A stretch of 63,519 bases of DNA, filler included, from Chiloscyllium plagiosum (lineage: Eukaryota): NCBI RefSeq assembly GCF_004010195.1. It is 4 parts of one record of this genome, joined end to end, with 100 filler letters (N's around TTAATTAATTAA, not from the genome) between each part and the next. Parts side by side here need not be neighbours in the genome. Positions count along the whole stretch, not along the records: positions 56,478 to 63,519 come from NC_057710.1; 3 more parts are not named here. One strand, given 5' to 3'. Position 1 is the first letter of the stretch. Each line of letters opens with the position of its first letter. The notes below the pieces were generated by a model. It saw only the letters and a program-made list of their open reading frames with translations, had not been told where the DNA came from and did no database searches. This document shows, one piece after another, positions 62,863 through 63,519 of this stretch. The position numbers and the translations under genes are program-made.

Positions 62863-63519
62863 AGAACATAGAAGAATACAGCGCAGTACAGGCCCTTTGG
62901 CCCTCGATGTTGCGCCGATCCAAGCCCACCTAACCTATACTAACCCACTATCCTCCATATACCTATCCAATGCCCGCTTAAATGCCCATAAAGAGGGAGA
63001 GTCCACCACTGCTACTGGCAGGGCATTCCATGAACTTACGACTCGCTGAGTAAAGAACCTACCCCTAACTTCAGTCCTATATCTACCCCCCTTAATTTAA
63101 AGCTATGCCCCCTTGTAATACCCGACGCCATACACGGGAAAAGGTTCACACTGTCAACCCTATCCAACCCCCTAATCATCTTGTACACCTCAATCAAGTC
63201 ACCCCTAAACCTTCTTTTCTCTAATGAAAACAGCCCCAAGTGTCTCAGTCTTTCCTCATACGATCTTCCTTCCATACCAGGCAACATCCTGGTAAACCTC
63301 CTCTGCACCCGTTCCAGTGCCTCCACATCCTTCCTATAGTATGGCGACCAAAACTGCACACAATATTCCAGATGCGGCCGCACCAGAGTCTTATACAACT
63401 GCATCATGACCTCAGGACTCCGGAACTCAATTCCTCTACCAATAAAAGCCAGTACGCCATATGCCAAATCTACCCCTAACATCTGTCCTATACCTACCAC
63501 CCCTTAACTTAAAGCTATG
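62863..63519 (-). mobile_element. Young CR1 3' part; a second piece begins at ~63468
   Basis: 'LYKTLVRPHLEYCVQFWSPYYRKDVEALERVQRRFTRMLPG'; ~63060-63107 recurs at ~63470-63519. Confidence 0.9.

Noticed and set aside
1..63519. CRISPR-like array or prokaryotic system
   Set aside because: Repeats are dispersed transposons; no regularly spaced array or operon-like coding density.

Overview
Repeat-dense vertebrate DNA, very probably from a cartilaginous fish (inferred from HE1/V-SINEs with HER1/CR1-type tails and a SacSINE1/Deu-like head). I could not identify any host protein-coding gene, rRNA, true tRNA or CRISPR array. Most ORFs in the track are pieces or antisense shadows of decayed transposons. 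Contents: many CR1 LINE pieces, a second CR1-superfamily LINE family (one copy with a tRNA/Deu-SINE head), Rex1/Babar LINEs and about 10 HE1-like SINEs. There are numerous Penelope-like element (PLE) pieces whose terminal repeats carry minimal hammerhead ribozyme cores of at least three sequence families. The window also holds a Gmr1-type Gypsy element (gag-PR-INT-RT-RH order) with a related solo LTR, two Harbinger relics, a small TIR element, and three 100-bp gap linkers (N44-TTAATTAATTAA-N44). The most notable signal is a set of tiny non-coding hammerhead-bearing insertions flanked by 14-15 bp target-site duplications. A few exon-like segments are listed at low confidence. Repeat boundaries were read by eye and are approximate.
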